Assembly (NCBI GenBank): GCA_964631835.1
Contig: CAZWAD010000001.1
Span: 114,216-178,215, forward strand
Length of the DNA: 64,000 nucleotides
Direction: 5' to 3'
Origin: an uncultured Chitinophaga sp.
GTDB lineage: Bacteria; Bacteroidota; Bacteroidia; Chitinophagales; LD1
Positions 1-9,941 of this stretch are shown here, one piece after another. The translations under genes and the position numbers were made by a program. The notes under the pieces were generated by a model. The model made no database searches. It was not told where the DNA came from and saw only the letters and a list, made by a program, of their open reading frames with translations. The first letter of the stretch is position 1. Every line of letters begins with the position of its first letter.

Positions 1-95
1 CCGGGCAGGTGCTGGTGGTTTCGCAGTAAAATTAACCCCGCCTTTCACTAAATTCCGTAAGGTTTTGTATGCTATACCGACATAACAAATAAATC

Positions 96-764
96 ATGCA
101 CAGTATATTTTCAGTTTCCTTTTTTTCTTTTGTGTTTTTAATTGCTATTCACTCCTGCGCGGAGAAAAGAAATACTACAGAAATTACTCAATCCCAAAAC
201 AAGACGAATACAATGAGCGACAATACTAAGTTGGATACCATCACATTTGGCGGAGGGTGCTTTTGGTGCACCGAAGCAATTTTTCAAAGACTGAACGGAG
301 TAATCTCCGTGGAGTCCGGTTATTCGGGAGGAACTTTAAAGAACCCCACTTATAAAGAGGTTTGCAGCGGGCTTACCGGTCATGCCGAGTGCACACAAAT
401 AGTTTTCGATTCATCGGTTATTTCCCTGCCCGAAATCCTCGAAGTATTTTTCAAGACCCATGACCCCACCACCCTGAACCGGCAGGGAGGGGATGAGGGC
501 ACGCAATATCGTTCAGTTATATTTTACCGCAGCACTGAACAAAAGAAAATAGCTGATGATATTAAACAGGGTCTCGATAAAAGCGGAGCGTTTACGTCCT
601 CTATTGTTACAGAGATAGCTCCGTTCTCTGTTTTCTATAAAGCAGAAGATTACCATCAGAACTACTACAACGAAAACAAAAACAAGAACTCGTATTGCCA
701 GTATGTGATAGTACCCAAAGTAGAGAAGTTTGAGAAATACTTTGCCGACAAGATGAAAAAGTAA
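96..764 (+). CDS. msrA: peptide-methionine (S)-S-oxide reductase MsrA with N-terminal signal/lipoprotein-like leader
   Basis: GGGCFWC active-site motif and HDPTTLNRQG segment. Hydrophobic N-terminus ends in Cys. Confidence 0.9.
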   Translation: MHSIFSVSFFSFVFLIAIHSCAEKRNTTEITQSQNKTNTMSDNTKLDTITFGGGCFWCTEAIFQRLNGVISVESGYSGGTLKNPTYKEVCSGLTGHAECTQIVFDSSVISLPEILEVFFKTHDPTTLNRQGGDEGTQYRSVIFYRSTEQKKIADDIKQGLDKSGAFTSSIVTEIAPFSVFYKAEDYHQNYYNENKNKNSYCQYVIVPKVEKFEKYFADKMKK

Positions 765-838
765 TAACCGGAAGATTATTGTTCCGTTAACCCACTTCCA
801 CTCGGCAATTTTTTACATATTTGGCGAACTTAAAATGA

Positions 839-1393
839 ATGGAAAAGCTCGTAAAGCTCCATGACCGAACTTTCCGGATATACAAAAGCGAAACTGAAAT
901 TCTTTCGGCTGTAAGAGATATCGCCAGCAGGATTAACGAAGACTATATAGGCAGGCGTCCGCTCATCGTTCCCGTACTTAACGGCTCGTTTATTTTTGCT
1001 TCAGATTTAATTAAGGAATTACGTCTTGATTGTGAACTTTCGTTTATTAAAGTGTCTTCTTACAATGGCGTGAATACAACCGGCAGGCCGGTTACCTTAA
1101 TTGGTTTGTCCGAACCGGTTGAGGGCCGGCATGTAATTATTATTGAAGATATCGTTGATACCGGAAATACCCTGGCGAAAGCCCTTCCGGTTTTCAGGAG
1201 TAAAAATCCTGCTTCCATTAAAATCGCATCACTTCTTTTGAAGCCTTTAGCCTTAGGAGAAAATAACCCTGACATTAAAATTGATTACGCGGGTATGGAA
1301 ATTCCCAACGAATTTATTGTGGGCTATGGTTTGGATTACAACGGGCTTGGACGAAACCTGCGTGACATTTACCAGGAAGTTCCCGCGCAGTAA
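839..1393 (+). CDS. hpt: hypoxanthine phosphoribosyltransferase
   Basis: PRPP-binding motif VIIIEDIVDTGNTL. The 184-aa size is typical of Hpt. Confidence 0.9.
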   Translation: MEKLVKLHDRTFRIYKSETEILSAVRDIASRINEDYIGRRPLIVPVLNGSFIFASDLIKELRLDCELSFIKVSSYNGVNTTGRPVTLIGLSEPVEGRHVIIIEDIVDTGNTLAKALPVFRSKNPASIKIASLLLKPLALGENNPDIKIDYAGMEIPNEFIVGYGLDYNGLGRNLRDIYQEVPAQ

Positions 1394-1396
1394 TTA

Positions 1397-2611
1397 ATGA
1401 AAAACGAAATTGTTGTAATTGGCGGAGGAGCCGCAGGTTTTTTTGCGGCAATTACCTGTGCTGAAAAATATCCTGATTATAGCGTCACCATCCTTGAGAA
1501 ATCTTCTTCGCTTCTTCAAAAGGTAAAAATTAGCGGAGGTGGGCGATGCAATATAACCAACGCCTGTTTCGACCCAGAGGAGTTAGTAAAGAATTACCCG
1601 AGGGGTGAAAAGCAATTGCTTGGACCGTTTACGCGCTTCAATACTTCAAATACGATTGAATGGTTTGAAAGCAGGGGTGTTCAACTCAAAACAGAGCCAG
1701 ACAAAAGAATATTTCCGGTTACGGATTCCTCGCAAACCGTTATCGATTGCTTTTTAAACGAAGCAGAAAGACTGAGAGTGCGAGTTAGACTACGGACCGG
1801 TGTAGAGAAATTAGAGTTTGGAAAAGACAAATGGCAAATCGAAACAAACACGGGGGAAAGTATTGCAGCCAATTTTGTAATTATAACTACCGGAAGTTCA
1901 TCGGGAATGTGGAGCATTCTTGAAAAACTCGGTCACAAGATTGTTCCACCCGTTCCTTCTTTGTTTACATTCAATATAAATGATAAAAGAATTAAAGGGC
2001 TTGAAGGGTTATCCGTTTCATCCGCACAAATATCAATTCTGAATTTAACAAGAAGTAGACTATCTGCCACCGGTCCTTTGCTGATTACTCATTGGGGAAT
2101 AAGCGGTCCGGTTGTTCTTCGTTTGTCAGCCTGGGGTGCAAGAGAGCTTGCGGTAGTCAATCACAAATTTGATATTGAGTTAAATTGGTTGAATAAGACA
2201 TCTGCTGAGATAAAAGAATTGCTGAAATATTTCAAACAAAACAACCCAAAGAAAAATATAATTGCAAATCCACTTTTTAATATTCCAAAACGGTTGTGGG
2301 GGCGATTGGCACAAAATGTTTCAATAAAGGCTACAGAAAACTTTGCTGATTTATCAAACAAACAGATGGAAGAGTTTACGCGCTCGCTTTGCGCTTCAAA
2401 ATTTTCCGTAACTGGTAAATCAACCTATAAAGATGAATTTGTAACAGCAGGCGGGCTGGAGTTAAAGGAGGTGGATTTTAAAACCATGCAGAGCAAAAAA
2501 TTTCGGGGATTGTATTTTGCGGGTGAGGTTTTAGATATTGATGCTATAACTGGCGGATTTAATTTTCAGGCTGCATGGACAACCGGTTGGATTGCCGGAA
2601 CCTCCGTATAA
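1397..2611 (+). CDS. NAD(P)/FAD-dependent oxidoreductase, HI0933/BaiN-like flavoprotein
   Basis: N-terminal VIGGGAAG Rossmann motif, ISGGGRCNITN, and C-terminal ITGGFNFQ. Confidence 0.85.
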   Translation: MKNEIVVIGGGAAGFFAAITCAEKYPDYSVTILEKSSSLLQKVKISGGGRCNITNACFDPEELVKNYPRGEKQLLGPFTRFNTSNTIEWFESRGVQLKTEPDKRIFPVTDSSQTVIDCFLNEAERLRVRVRLRTGVEKLEFGKDKWQIETNTGESIAANFVIITTGSSSGMWSILEKLGHKIVPPVPSLFTFNINDKRIKGLEGLSVSSAQISILNLTRSRLSATGPLLITHWGISGPVVLRLSAWGARELAVVNHKFDIELNWLNKTSAEIKELLKYFKQNNPKKNIIANPLFNIPKRLWGRLAQNVSIKATENFADLSNKQMEEFTRSLCASKFSVTGKSTYKDEFVTAGGLELKEVDFKTMQSKKFRGLYFAGEVLDIDAITGGFNFQAAWTTGWIAGTSV

Positions 2612-2661
2612 CAAAAAAGCCACCCCCGACTTGGAATGGCTTGTAATTGGTTATAAAGTTC

Positions 2662-5496
2662 TTAGTTCGCTTCAGCTTTCGTTTTCTTTCCGAAGTTGTT
2701 GAAGTCGAAAGTCCATGCCAAATAATACATCGCTCCGATTTTAGGCGAACCAACCGCTTCGATATGCCAGTTATTATAAATATTTGAACCACCGAGGCGA
2801 ACAGTGGAATAAGCCTTCTCAATTTCATAATAAAGCTGTAGATCAAGGACATGGAAACTCGGAACTGTTCCATCAGCAAACGGGCTTTGCCATTCATAGT
2901 CTGTAACCCACTTAAAGTTAGCGCTAAAACCAAGTCCTTTCCATACCCGGTTACCGTTTACGCCTATATTTATTTTATGGCGGGGAGTATTGAAGCCGGA
3001 AAGAATAGTTGTTCCTGTGTTTTTTAAATTGCTGTCATCCAAATCGGAGTAGGTGTAATTTACATAAGGCGTAATTCCTCTTCCCACATAATATGCAACA
3101 CTAACCGCTACGCCCCAGGAAGGAGTTGTTCCTTCACCATTTACCCAGGTTTGGTAAGGTGTATAATAGCCGGAAAGTATATTGGTAACTCCTGATTCCT
3201 CACCGGCAATGCCAACATCGGTAGTATCGTTATACGGATGTGCTACGCGGGTAAAACCGATAAATCGTTTGTAAATGCTGTAGTATGCAGTCAGGTCAAC
3301 AAATACTTTGTTGTTGAAATCACCCCTATAACCGATTTCAAATGAAGTTACCCGTTCCGGTTGAATCGGCTTCAATGTAGTTGGAACCAAAACCGCTGCT
3401 GCCGCGTCTGCTTTGCTTCCTCCTTGTTCATTCAAAGCTAAAGTGTCTTCGGCATCGCGTATAGACTCAAGCGTATAAAGATTTTCCCATCCATTGAGGT
3501 TGCCTACCAGTTTGATTCTTCCAATGTCAAGATACAGATACTGGTCTTGCAAAGTAGGAGTTCTGAATGCTGCCGTAGCTGATGCGCGGAAAGTATGGTC
3601 GCTTTTTTTCGCTTTGTAAGTATAAACGAGCGAGCCTCTTGGCGAAACCTGCGCTTTAAAGTTCGAGTTTTTATCTACGCGGATTGAACCAATAATTTTA
3701 AAGTTGTCATTAAACAATCTCTTGGTCGCCTGCAAATACGCACCCACTTCATGGACTCGAATCTTTACATTAGCAGTATCTTCAAAGATTGTTCCGCGGG
3801 AGTTAGGCATATAGATACGGTACGATACACCGGTGATTATTTCCAGCCACTTTACAAAGTCCCAGTTATACTGCCCTTCAACATGCCACAACATGGAGCG
3901 GTCGTAGAACTTAGTTCCGTTAAGTGAATTCGCTTCTCCAATAAGATAGCTGAATGTATCTTTAAACTGCTGTGAGCCGCCTTTATACCAAAACTGCTCG
4001 GCATGAGCCCGGCCGGCTTTGCGGGCGGAATCAATCTGCCATTCACGAATGCAATCAGCACAGAAATCGGTAAGCGAGTCAATAGTTGCAAAATACTTGG
4101 AGCTGAACTCAGAAACATAATCAGGCACAGCAGCACGCGAAACATAAGCACCGGTCAACCCGATGTTGTAAGATTTTCCCGCATCTTCAATAGCTCCATA
4201 AGCGCGTATAAAAAAGTTCTTACCCTTCAATTCAATTTTTGGCTGGTGGAAATTAAATTCCTTGATTTGGTAACGGGCAGTAGCCTGGTAAACAGCAGTT
4301 CCGAATCCGTATTTGTAAGCTGCCTGTAATTCCAAATCGGGAGTAAAGCGGTAATGCAGGCCAACCGAAAACTTCAAGCTCTTGGCATTGTAATCAGCCA
4401 ATTCTTTTTCCATATAGCCGGGAGCTTTCACTTTCAAAAAGCCATTGGATGCCGCAGTATCAAAAATACTTGCCTGGGGATTGAAGTCGAGCCAGTTGTT
4501 TAGTTTTTCGTACCGGTCGTGGTCTTCCTGAGTAACCGGGCAAGTGGGGCAGTAAGGCTCCAATCTTTTTTTGCGGATTGAAGCATTGAGGTTTACATCC
4601 GCTTCAATGGCGCCATACAGGTTCAGCGAATCGTCATCCGCTACCCAATCGCTCATTTGCATGTACTCACCGGTAAACTTTATGGCAAACTTTTCTTTCT
4701 TTCCGAATGCCTGTGCGTAACGCAGCTGCGCATTCAGGTAAGGACCGGGAACCGTAGTTCCTCCGCCTTTTAACTGAACAGCAAGCCCCTGAAAATCGTA
4801 CGGGCTTTTGCTTCGCATGGTTATAACTCCCTGCATGGCGTTAGCTCCGTAAAGCGATGATGATGCTCCCGAGATAATCTCCACACTTTCCAAATCGAGG
4901 TCGTTTGCGCCTACCATGTTTCCAATCGGGAAGTTCAACCCCGGTGCTTCGTTATCTACCCCGTCAACAAACTGCTTGGTGCGCAGCGAACGGGTATCGC
5001 TGAAGCCGCGAAGGTTAATTACTTTAAAGCCCGAAGATGTGGTTACAATATCTACACCTTTAAAGTTTCCGATGCTCTGGTAGAAGTCACCGGAGGCGGC
5101 TGATTTGATTTCGCGCGAGGTCATTTTCTCGATTTGCACAGGAGCGGTCTTAATAGATTCGGCAACACGCGATGAAGTTACCACCACCTCGCCACCGGGA
5201 ATTTCGGCAGTTTCAAGAGTTACAGAAAAGTTGGTGTTGTTTCCAATGGTAATGTCGCGGGTTACATAGCCTACATACGAAACCGTAAGCCCCTTGGCAT
5301 CGGCTGGAACATCGAGTTTGAAATTGCCATCCGCATCGGTGGCGGTTCCTATCTTGGTTCCTTTTACAATAACCGTAGCGCCTACCATCGGCTCTTTGGT
5401 TTGTGAGTCAGTTATTTTTCCGGTAATGGTTTTAGTTTGGGCAAAGAGGAGGAATGAAGTACATACAAATGAAACAAACAGTAATAATTTCTTCAT
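2662..5496 (-). CDS. TonB-dependent receptor with carboxypeptidase-regulatory-like N-terminal domain
   Basis: Signal peptide, then ITGKITD..GATV.VKGT..GT.TD.DGNF (CarboxypepD_reg pattern). The 944-aa protein has a plug/barrel-sized body. Confidence 0.9.
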   Translation of the reverse strand: MKKLLLFVSFVCTSFLLFAQTKTITGKITDSQTKEPMVGATVIVKGTKIGTATDADGNFKLDVPADAKGLTVSYVGYVTRDITIGNNTNFSVTLETAEIPGGEVVVTSSRVAESIKTAPVQIEKMTSREIKSAASGDFYQSIGNFKGVDIVTTSSGFKVINLRGFSDTRSLRTKQFVDGVDNEAPGLNFPIGNMVGANDLDLESVEIISGASSSLYGANAMQGVITMRSKSPYDFQGLAVQLKGGGTTVPGPYLNAQLRYAQAFGKKEKFAIKFTGEYMQMSDWVADDDSLNLYGAIEADVNLNASIRKKRLEPYCPTCPVTQEDHDRYEKLNNWLDFNPQASIFDTAASNGFLKVKAPGYMEKELADYNAKSLKFSVGLHYRFTPDLELQAAYKYGFGTAVYQATARYQIKEFNFHQPKIELKGKNFFIRAYGAIEDAGKSYNIGLTGAYVSRAAVPDYVSEFSSKYFATIDSLTDFCADCIREWQIDSARKAGRAHAEQFWYKGGSQQFKDTFSYLIGEANSLNGTKFYDRSMLWHVEGQYNWDFVKWLEIITGVSYRIYMPNSRGTIFEDTANVKIRVHEVGAYLQATKRLFNDNFKIIGSIRVDKNSNFKAQVSPRGSLVYTYKAKKSDHTFRASATAAFRTPTLQDQYLYLDIGRIKLVGNLNGWENLYTLESIRDAEDTLALNEQGGSKADAAAAVLVPTTLKPIQPERVTSFEIGYRGDFNNKVFVDLTAYYSIYKRFIGFTRVAHPYNDTTDVGIAGEESGVTNILSGYYTPYQTWVNGEGTTPSWGVAVSVAYYVGRGITPYVNYTYSDLDDSNLKNTGTTILSGFNTPRHKINIGVNGNRVWKGLGFSANFKWVTDYEWQSPFADGTVPSFHVLDLQLYYEIEKAYSTVRLGGSNIYNNWHIEAVGSPKIGAMYYLAWTFDFNNFGKKTKAEAN

Positions 5497-5620
5497 TGTT
5501 TAATTGGTTTCTGGTTTACATTTTGGGCGGGGTCGAAGATAACAAAATATTGAAACGGCAAAATTTACGCGCCACTAAATTCAGCATACAGTAAATGCCT
5601 TTTTTAGCTTTGCGCGTGCT

Positions 5621-6109
5621 ATGGCTATTAAAATTCTGATAACCGGGGGAACCTTCGATAAAGAGTATGATGAACTGAACGGAAAGTTGTTTTTCAAAAA
5701 CACTCACCTGCCCGAAATTCTTGCTTTGGGGCGCTGCAGCCTGAATGTGGATGTGCGCACGCTGATGATGCTCGACAGCTTAGAAATGAAAGAAACCGAC
5801 CGTGAAATTATACTTAACCACTGCCGCAGTTGTGACGAGCAAAAAATAGTTATTACCCATGGCACCGATACTATGGAAACCACCGCCCGCATTCTGGGCG
5901 AAGCTGCGCTCGATAAAACCATTGTGCTTACCGGTGCAATGATTCCTTACAAGTTCGGAAGTTCCGATGGTTTGTTCAACCTTGGCAGCGCGCTGGCTTT
6001 TGTGCAAACCCTGCCGCAGGGAGTTTATGTGGCTATGAACGGAAAGTTTTTTTCCTGGAATAATGTGCGCAAAAACAAAACTTCGGGCGCTTTTGAAGAA
6101 CTGAATTAA
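5621..6109 (+). CDS. asparaginase-domain protein (short, N-terminal-domain type)
   Basis: ILITGGTFDK and THGTDTMETTA motifs of the L-asparaginase N-terminal domain. Only 162 aa long. Confidence 0.7.
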   Translation: MAIKILITGGTFDKEYDELNGKLFFKNTHLPEILALGRCSLNVDVRTLMMLDSLEMKETDREIILNHCRSCDEQKIVITHGTDTMETTARILGEAALDKTIVLTGAMIPYKFGSSDGLFNLGSALAFVQTLPQGVYVAMNGKFFSWNNVRKNKTSGAFEELN

Positions 6110-6173
6110 ACTGTAAAAAAACTTAGCAAATTAAATTCTCTTTCTATATTCGGCATTCAGAAAATTTTATTCA

Positions 6174-6617
6174 ATGAAAAAAGTAATTTCACTTGTGTTG
6201 ATTATCGCTTTTGTTGCAGGCTGTAACAAAGAAAAAATTTACAAAGAAAACCTGGAAGGGGTTTGGACAGTTTATAAATATCTGTTGCGCAACACCGATA
6301 AAACACAGCAGTTCCAGAACCAGCACCCCAACTACACCATTACATTTACGAAAGACGGCAGGTGGACGGAGTTTATGACCAACCCCGATACAAGCATTGT
6401 AAACGGAACTTATGCCTTTACCGATAATGACGAAAAGATTTTGCTGACCAATACCTACTTCACGTATGTATATTTTACCGATACGCTGGGAAATCCCGAT
6501 ACGCTTGAAGTGCCTCATATTTTGGAGCGCGAGTACACCATTTTTAATTTAACACGCGACCACGTGCAACTTCGCAACGATACTTCGCAACTTTATATGA
6601 ACAAGAAAACCGAATAA
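6174..6617 (+). CDS. lipoprotein, lipocalin-like (hypothetical)
   Basis: Lipobox-like LVLIIAFVAGC. Shares the G.W.v.KYL pattern with the next ORF. Confidence 0.6.
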   Translation: MKKVISLVLIIAFVAGCNKEKIYKENLEGVWTVYKYLLRNTDKTQQFQNQHPNYTITFTKDGRWTEFMTNPDTSIVNGTYAFTDNDEKILLTNTYFTYVYFTDTLGNPDTLEVPHILEREYTIFNLTRDHVQLRNDTSQLYMNKKTE

Positions 6618-6643
6618 ATTTTTAAAAGATAAAAGACCGAATC

Positions 6644-7129
6644 GTGAAAAAGACTTTACTTATTTCCATTGCCCTTATTGCCTTACTGGCTGCCTGCAAC
6701 CGCAAAGCATTTGTAAAAAAACTTACCGGTACCTGGGAGCTGAACAAATACCTCTTCAGCGGGCAAAACAACACTATGTATTATGATACCACTTTCAGGC
6801 AGTGGAAACTTACCCTTACCGAAAACCAGGTATACACCAAAACCTGGCTTAGTTATTCCTATACTCCTCAATCGGCTATTTTGGTTGATACCATTTCGTA
6901 CGATTCGGTGGGCATGGTTTATATTCTTGAATTCGATACTTTCCGCTATACCGATACCACCATTACCCCGCGCATAGAAATTGGCAAGTGGGAGCTGATT
7001 AACAGCGAAGAAGACCTGCAGCTTCGAAACGACTCAACCCGCGCGGTTGATATTTACCGCATTTTGGACCTTACCCAAAAAGAACTTAACCTGCGCAAAG
7101 GCAACGAAGAGCTTTACCTCGAAAAATAA
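6644..7129 (+). CDS. lipoprotein, paralogue of the preceding ORF (hypothetical)
   Basis: GTG start and lipobox LIALLAAC. The GTWELNKYLF segment parallels GVWTVYKYLL in 6174..6617. Confidence 0.6.
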   Translation: MKKTLLISIALIALLAACNRKAFVKKLTGTWELNKYLFSGQNNTMYYDTTFRQWKLTLTENQVYTKTWLSYSYTPQSAILVDTISYDSVGMVYILEFDTFRYTDTTITPRIEIGKWELINSEEDLQLRNDSTRAVDIYRILDLTQKELNLRKGNEELYLEK

Positions 7130-7198
7130 TTCAAGATTTCTGTTCCATAAAAAGAGGGCTATCGGGAAACCGGTGGCCTTTTTGTTTTCGGACTGAAC

Positions 7199-8143
7199 TT
7201 ATTTTTTCGGTTCTTTAGTAATCATCATCCTCACTTCCCGGGCTGATGTATTCTCTACTATTAAAAACTTCTTCACCGGTGTTTCGGCTGATATCGCAAC
7301 GCTTTCTCCGGCATTCAGCAAATTTTTCTGTGCCGGTGTTTCTTTAATATTATTTGCCTGCCAGTAAGGAATAGTTTGCGCACCCTGGTTGGTGAGCGTG
7401 AGCTTATATTTTTTGAGCAGCCTGGTGATTGCCGTTTTGCGCAGTTCATTGGGCGCTACGGTAAACCAGCTTTTGGGCACCTTGGGGTGGTGCTTTTCGG
7501 CCAGGCGGAACAAATGCCGCTTGGCGTAGCTGTTGCGAAACACCAAAGGCGCCACCGCTGCCACTTGCTGCCCGAAACCATAGTATGTGTTCAGTGTTTC
7601 AATACGCTTGCGGGTTTCGGTGGGGCGTTCCTTTTTATTCATTTGCTGCGCTTTGTTGTCATTGCGCAGTTGGGTAGTAAGCGCGGCAATTTCATCAATG
7701 GCTGCCTGCGAAAAGCCGGCTGTAATCAGCTCGTTTTTATATTTAGTAGCCACGCCATGCAGTGTTTCCATAAACTGCACCATCTTCAGCGGGCTGTTGC
7801 GCAGTTTCGAATACTGCCCTTCGCCAAACTCCTTCATGGCTTCTTTGCTGTTTGGAAAAGCTTTGCCCGCATAATATTTCACATCGCGGTATTTTTCGCG
7901 GCATTGGTCGAGGGCGGTAACGGCTTCTTCCATCAGTATCTCGCCCTCTATTACCTCCTGCTCATCGCTATGATATACCCAGGCATTTTCCTGTGCGGTA
8001 TCCCATGCCGCAAGAAAAGCCGCGTCCAGCGATGGGTCGAAGGCTGTAAAAGCTGCAATTTCAGCAGTAAAGTGGGTGTGCATTTTCCTGATGGCAGCTA
8101 ACATTTTCATATCAGAGCCTTTAAATTTGCGCTTTGCTTCCAT
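7199..8143 (-). CDS. hypothetical protein (orphan, 314 aa)
   Basis: Long ORF with protein-like composition. The 241-aa antisense ORF looks like a shadow (rich in C/H/F/R). No family recognised. Confidence 0.6.
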   Translation of the reverse strand: MEAKRKFKGSDMKMLAAIRKMHTHFTAEIAAFTAFDPSLDAAFLAAWDTAQENAWVYHSDEQEVIEGEILMEEAVTALDQCREKYRDVKYYAGKAFPNSKEAMKEFGEGQYSKLRNSPLKMVQFMETLHGVATKYKNELITAGFSQAAIDEIAALTTQLRNDNKAQQMNKKERPTETRKRIETLNTYYGFGQQVAAVAPLVFRNSYAKRHLFRLAEKHHPKVPKSWFTVAPNELRKTAITRLLKKYKLTLTNQGAQTIPYWQANNIKETPAQKNLLNAGESVAISAETPVKKFLIVENTSAREVRMMITKEPKK

Positions 8144-8149
8144 TTATGA

Positions 8150-8620
8150 TAGATTAGTTTAAGTTGCTAAATAAAAATTTTTATTCTATAAATAAATTTT
8201 TTAAGCCGTTTATTATTAATATAAAGTTTAAGTGTAAAAATATGTATTATGTATAAAGAATTTTGATTCGCTATTTTAAATGTATGAAGTATTTAATAAT
8301 TAAATTAAATTCCTGAAATAATATTCGCAAGAATGTATTATAAAATATCAGGTTTATTATTTAAACTAATATTATATTTAATCAACTACTATGTTTTTAT
8401 TTATAATTACTTGATTTTCTTATGTATGCGCATAAGATAATCATTAAGATACACGATGTTTTTAAAATTTCTGCTTACATTTTAATATACAAACCTGTAT
8501 ATTTTATTTACAGAACTAATTTTTATAAACAGATACTTGATAATAAGTAATAGAGAGATGATTGTTTTAAATTGAGAATTGCATTTTTTGACTATTTAAG
8601 ATAGCTTTTTCGCCATCTTA
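8150..8620. other. extremely AT-rich non-coding tract upstream of the 7199..8143 gene
   Basis: Hand count of 8161..8580 gives 75 G/C in 420 nt (about 18 percent). A coding line at 7441..7500 gives about 57 percent. No ORF in the track. Confidence 0.9.
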
Positions 8621-8635
8621 GTGCCGTTCATTTGT

Positions 8636-9538
8636 TTACCGGGCAATGATAAATCCTTTGGAAGAAGCGCTCGCGTGTGCGTCAATAAGTTTCAGCACAT
8701 AGTAACCTGCCGGAAGATGGCTAACAGATATGTTATTCATGTTTGGCGAAATATTTTTATGGGCGCACATCAAATTTCCGGTTACGTCATATATGTAAGC
8801 ATCAAAGGGGGTGTGATTTCCTTCATCGAAAGCAACAGTCAGCTCATCGGTGACGGGGTTGGGGGAAAGGCGGAAGGAGGTGGGTTTAATTTTCGAAACA
8901 GAAGTATAAAACTGACTTCTCCATTCAAACGAAACTGACTTATAATATACCAATTCAACTCCGCAGCTTCCGGCATAACCCATAGGCCAGTTAGGCCAGT
9001 ATTCCTGCGCACCGTATCCTGCATTTTCAATACCTATATTCTCAACAAACGTAGCGCTAAAGCCTGTTTCAAATCCCATATGGGTTATTTCATTTACCAT
9101 CAGCGCGCCAATTTGCAAATACGGAACATCATTCATATAGCAATTTACCCATGAGGTATCGCAGGTGGGCGCGTATTGTAAATATTCGCATCCGCCAAAG
9201 TGGCTATACAAAACCGAATAGCTGAACTTGGTAACAGGAGTATCAAGGCTTGAAAAAACGAGAGTATCATCCACTCCTGTTGTCCACCGGATAAAATATT
9301 GAATGGTATCGGAAAAATTATTTCTTCCGACAACCAAAAAACCCTTAGTTGGATGATGGGAATGAACAGGTCCGGGTCCATTTGGCGGGTAAGGAAAGTT
9401 GACATACTGATACTCACCGTACATCAATGTATCGCCCACTTGCCAGTCAAACGCCTCACCAATCGTTAGCGTATCGGTTGCTGCCCTTACATTAAAAGCA
9501 AAAAACAAAAACAGAAATACAGTGGCAAAGTGTTTCAC
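8636..9538 (-). CDS. secreted protein with T9SS C-terminal sorting domain
   Basis: N-terminal signal peptide. The C-terminus (LSPNPVTDELTVAF...YYVLKLID) follows the Por/T9SS CTD pattern. Confidence 0.8.
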   Translation of the reverse strand: MKHFATVFLFLFFAFNVRAATDTLTIGEAFDWQVGDTLMYGEYQYVNFPYPPNGPGPVHSHHPTKGFLVVGRNNFSDTIQYFIRWTTGVDDTLVFSSLDTPVTKFSYSVLYSHFGGCEYLQYAPTCDTSWVNCYMNDVPYLQIGALMVNEITHMGFETGFSATFVENIGIENAGYGAQEYWPNWPMGYAGSCGVELVYYKSVSFEWRSQFYTSVSKIKPTSFRLSPNPVTDELTVAFDEGNHTPFDAYIYDVTGNLMCAHKNISPNMNNISVSHLPAGYYVLKLIDAHASASSKGFIIAR

Positions 9539-9572
9539 GCACTAAAGGTAACAAAACAAAAAAGTTCAGCCT

Positions 9573-9725
9573 TTATTTTTTCGGCAACAGAATATCTACA
9601 GGCTCCTGCCACCGGTAACCGTCAAAAGTTATCAGAACAATATTTTCGGATTGCGCAGTTTGCTGCGAAAAACAATTCAGACCGGTGAAGAGAAAGAGAA
9701 TAAGAGTGCCAGGTAATTTTCGCAT
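9573..9725 (-). pseudogene. possible 5' remnant of an alkaline-phosphatase-superfamily (NPP-like) gene
   Basis: A 50-codon ORF encodes MRKLPGTLILFLFTGLNCFSQQTAQSENIVLITFDGYRWQEPVDILLPKK. It has a signal peptide and a VLI(T/S)xDG(F/Y)RW metal-site motif, then a stop. Confidence 0.3.
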
Positions 9726-9775
9726 AGTTAAACGATGACTGTCCGGGTAAAAACCGGAACCACAGAAGTGAAGAA

Positions 9776-9799
9776 ACTAAAAACCCCGCTTTCGGAAAA
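9776..9799 (-). terminator. putative intrinsic terminator after tRNA-Phe
   Basis: The minus-strand RNA reads UUCCG-AAAG-CGGGG followed by UUUUUAGUUU. Confidence 0.5.
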
Positions 9800-9817
9800 G
9801 AAAACAGGGTTTTATTG

Positions 9818-9890
9818 TGGTGTGGGAGGGAATCGAACCCCCGACACAAGGATTTTCAGTCCTTTGCTCTACCAACTGAGCTACCGCACC
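9818..9890 (-). tRNA. tRNA-Phe (anticodon GAA)
   Basis: Cloverleaf drawn by hand. Acceptor GGTGCGG/CCACACC has one C-A mismatch. D arm is GCTCAGTTGGTAGAGC. Anticodon stem AAGGA/TCCTT carries loop CTGAAAA. T arm is GGGGG-TTCGATT-CCCTC. CCA is not encoded. Confidence 0.92.
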
Positions 9891-9941
9891 ATAATTTTTG
9901 GGACGGCAAAAGTAGAATTTCTCCCTGCTTATGCAAACAAC

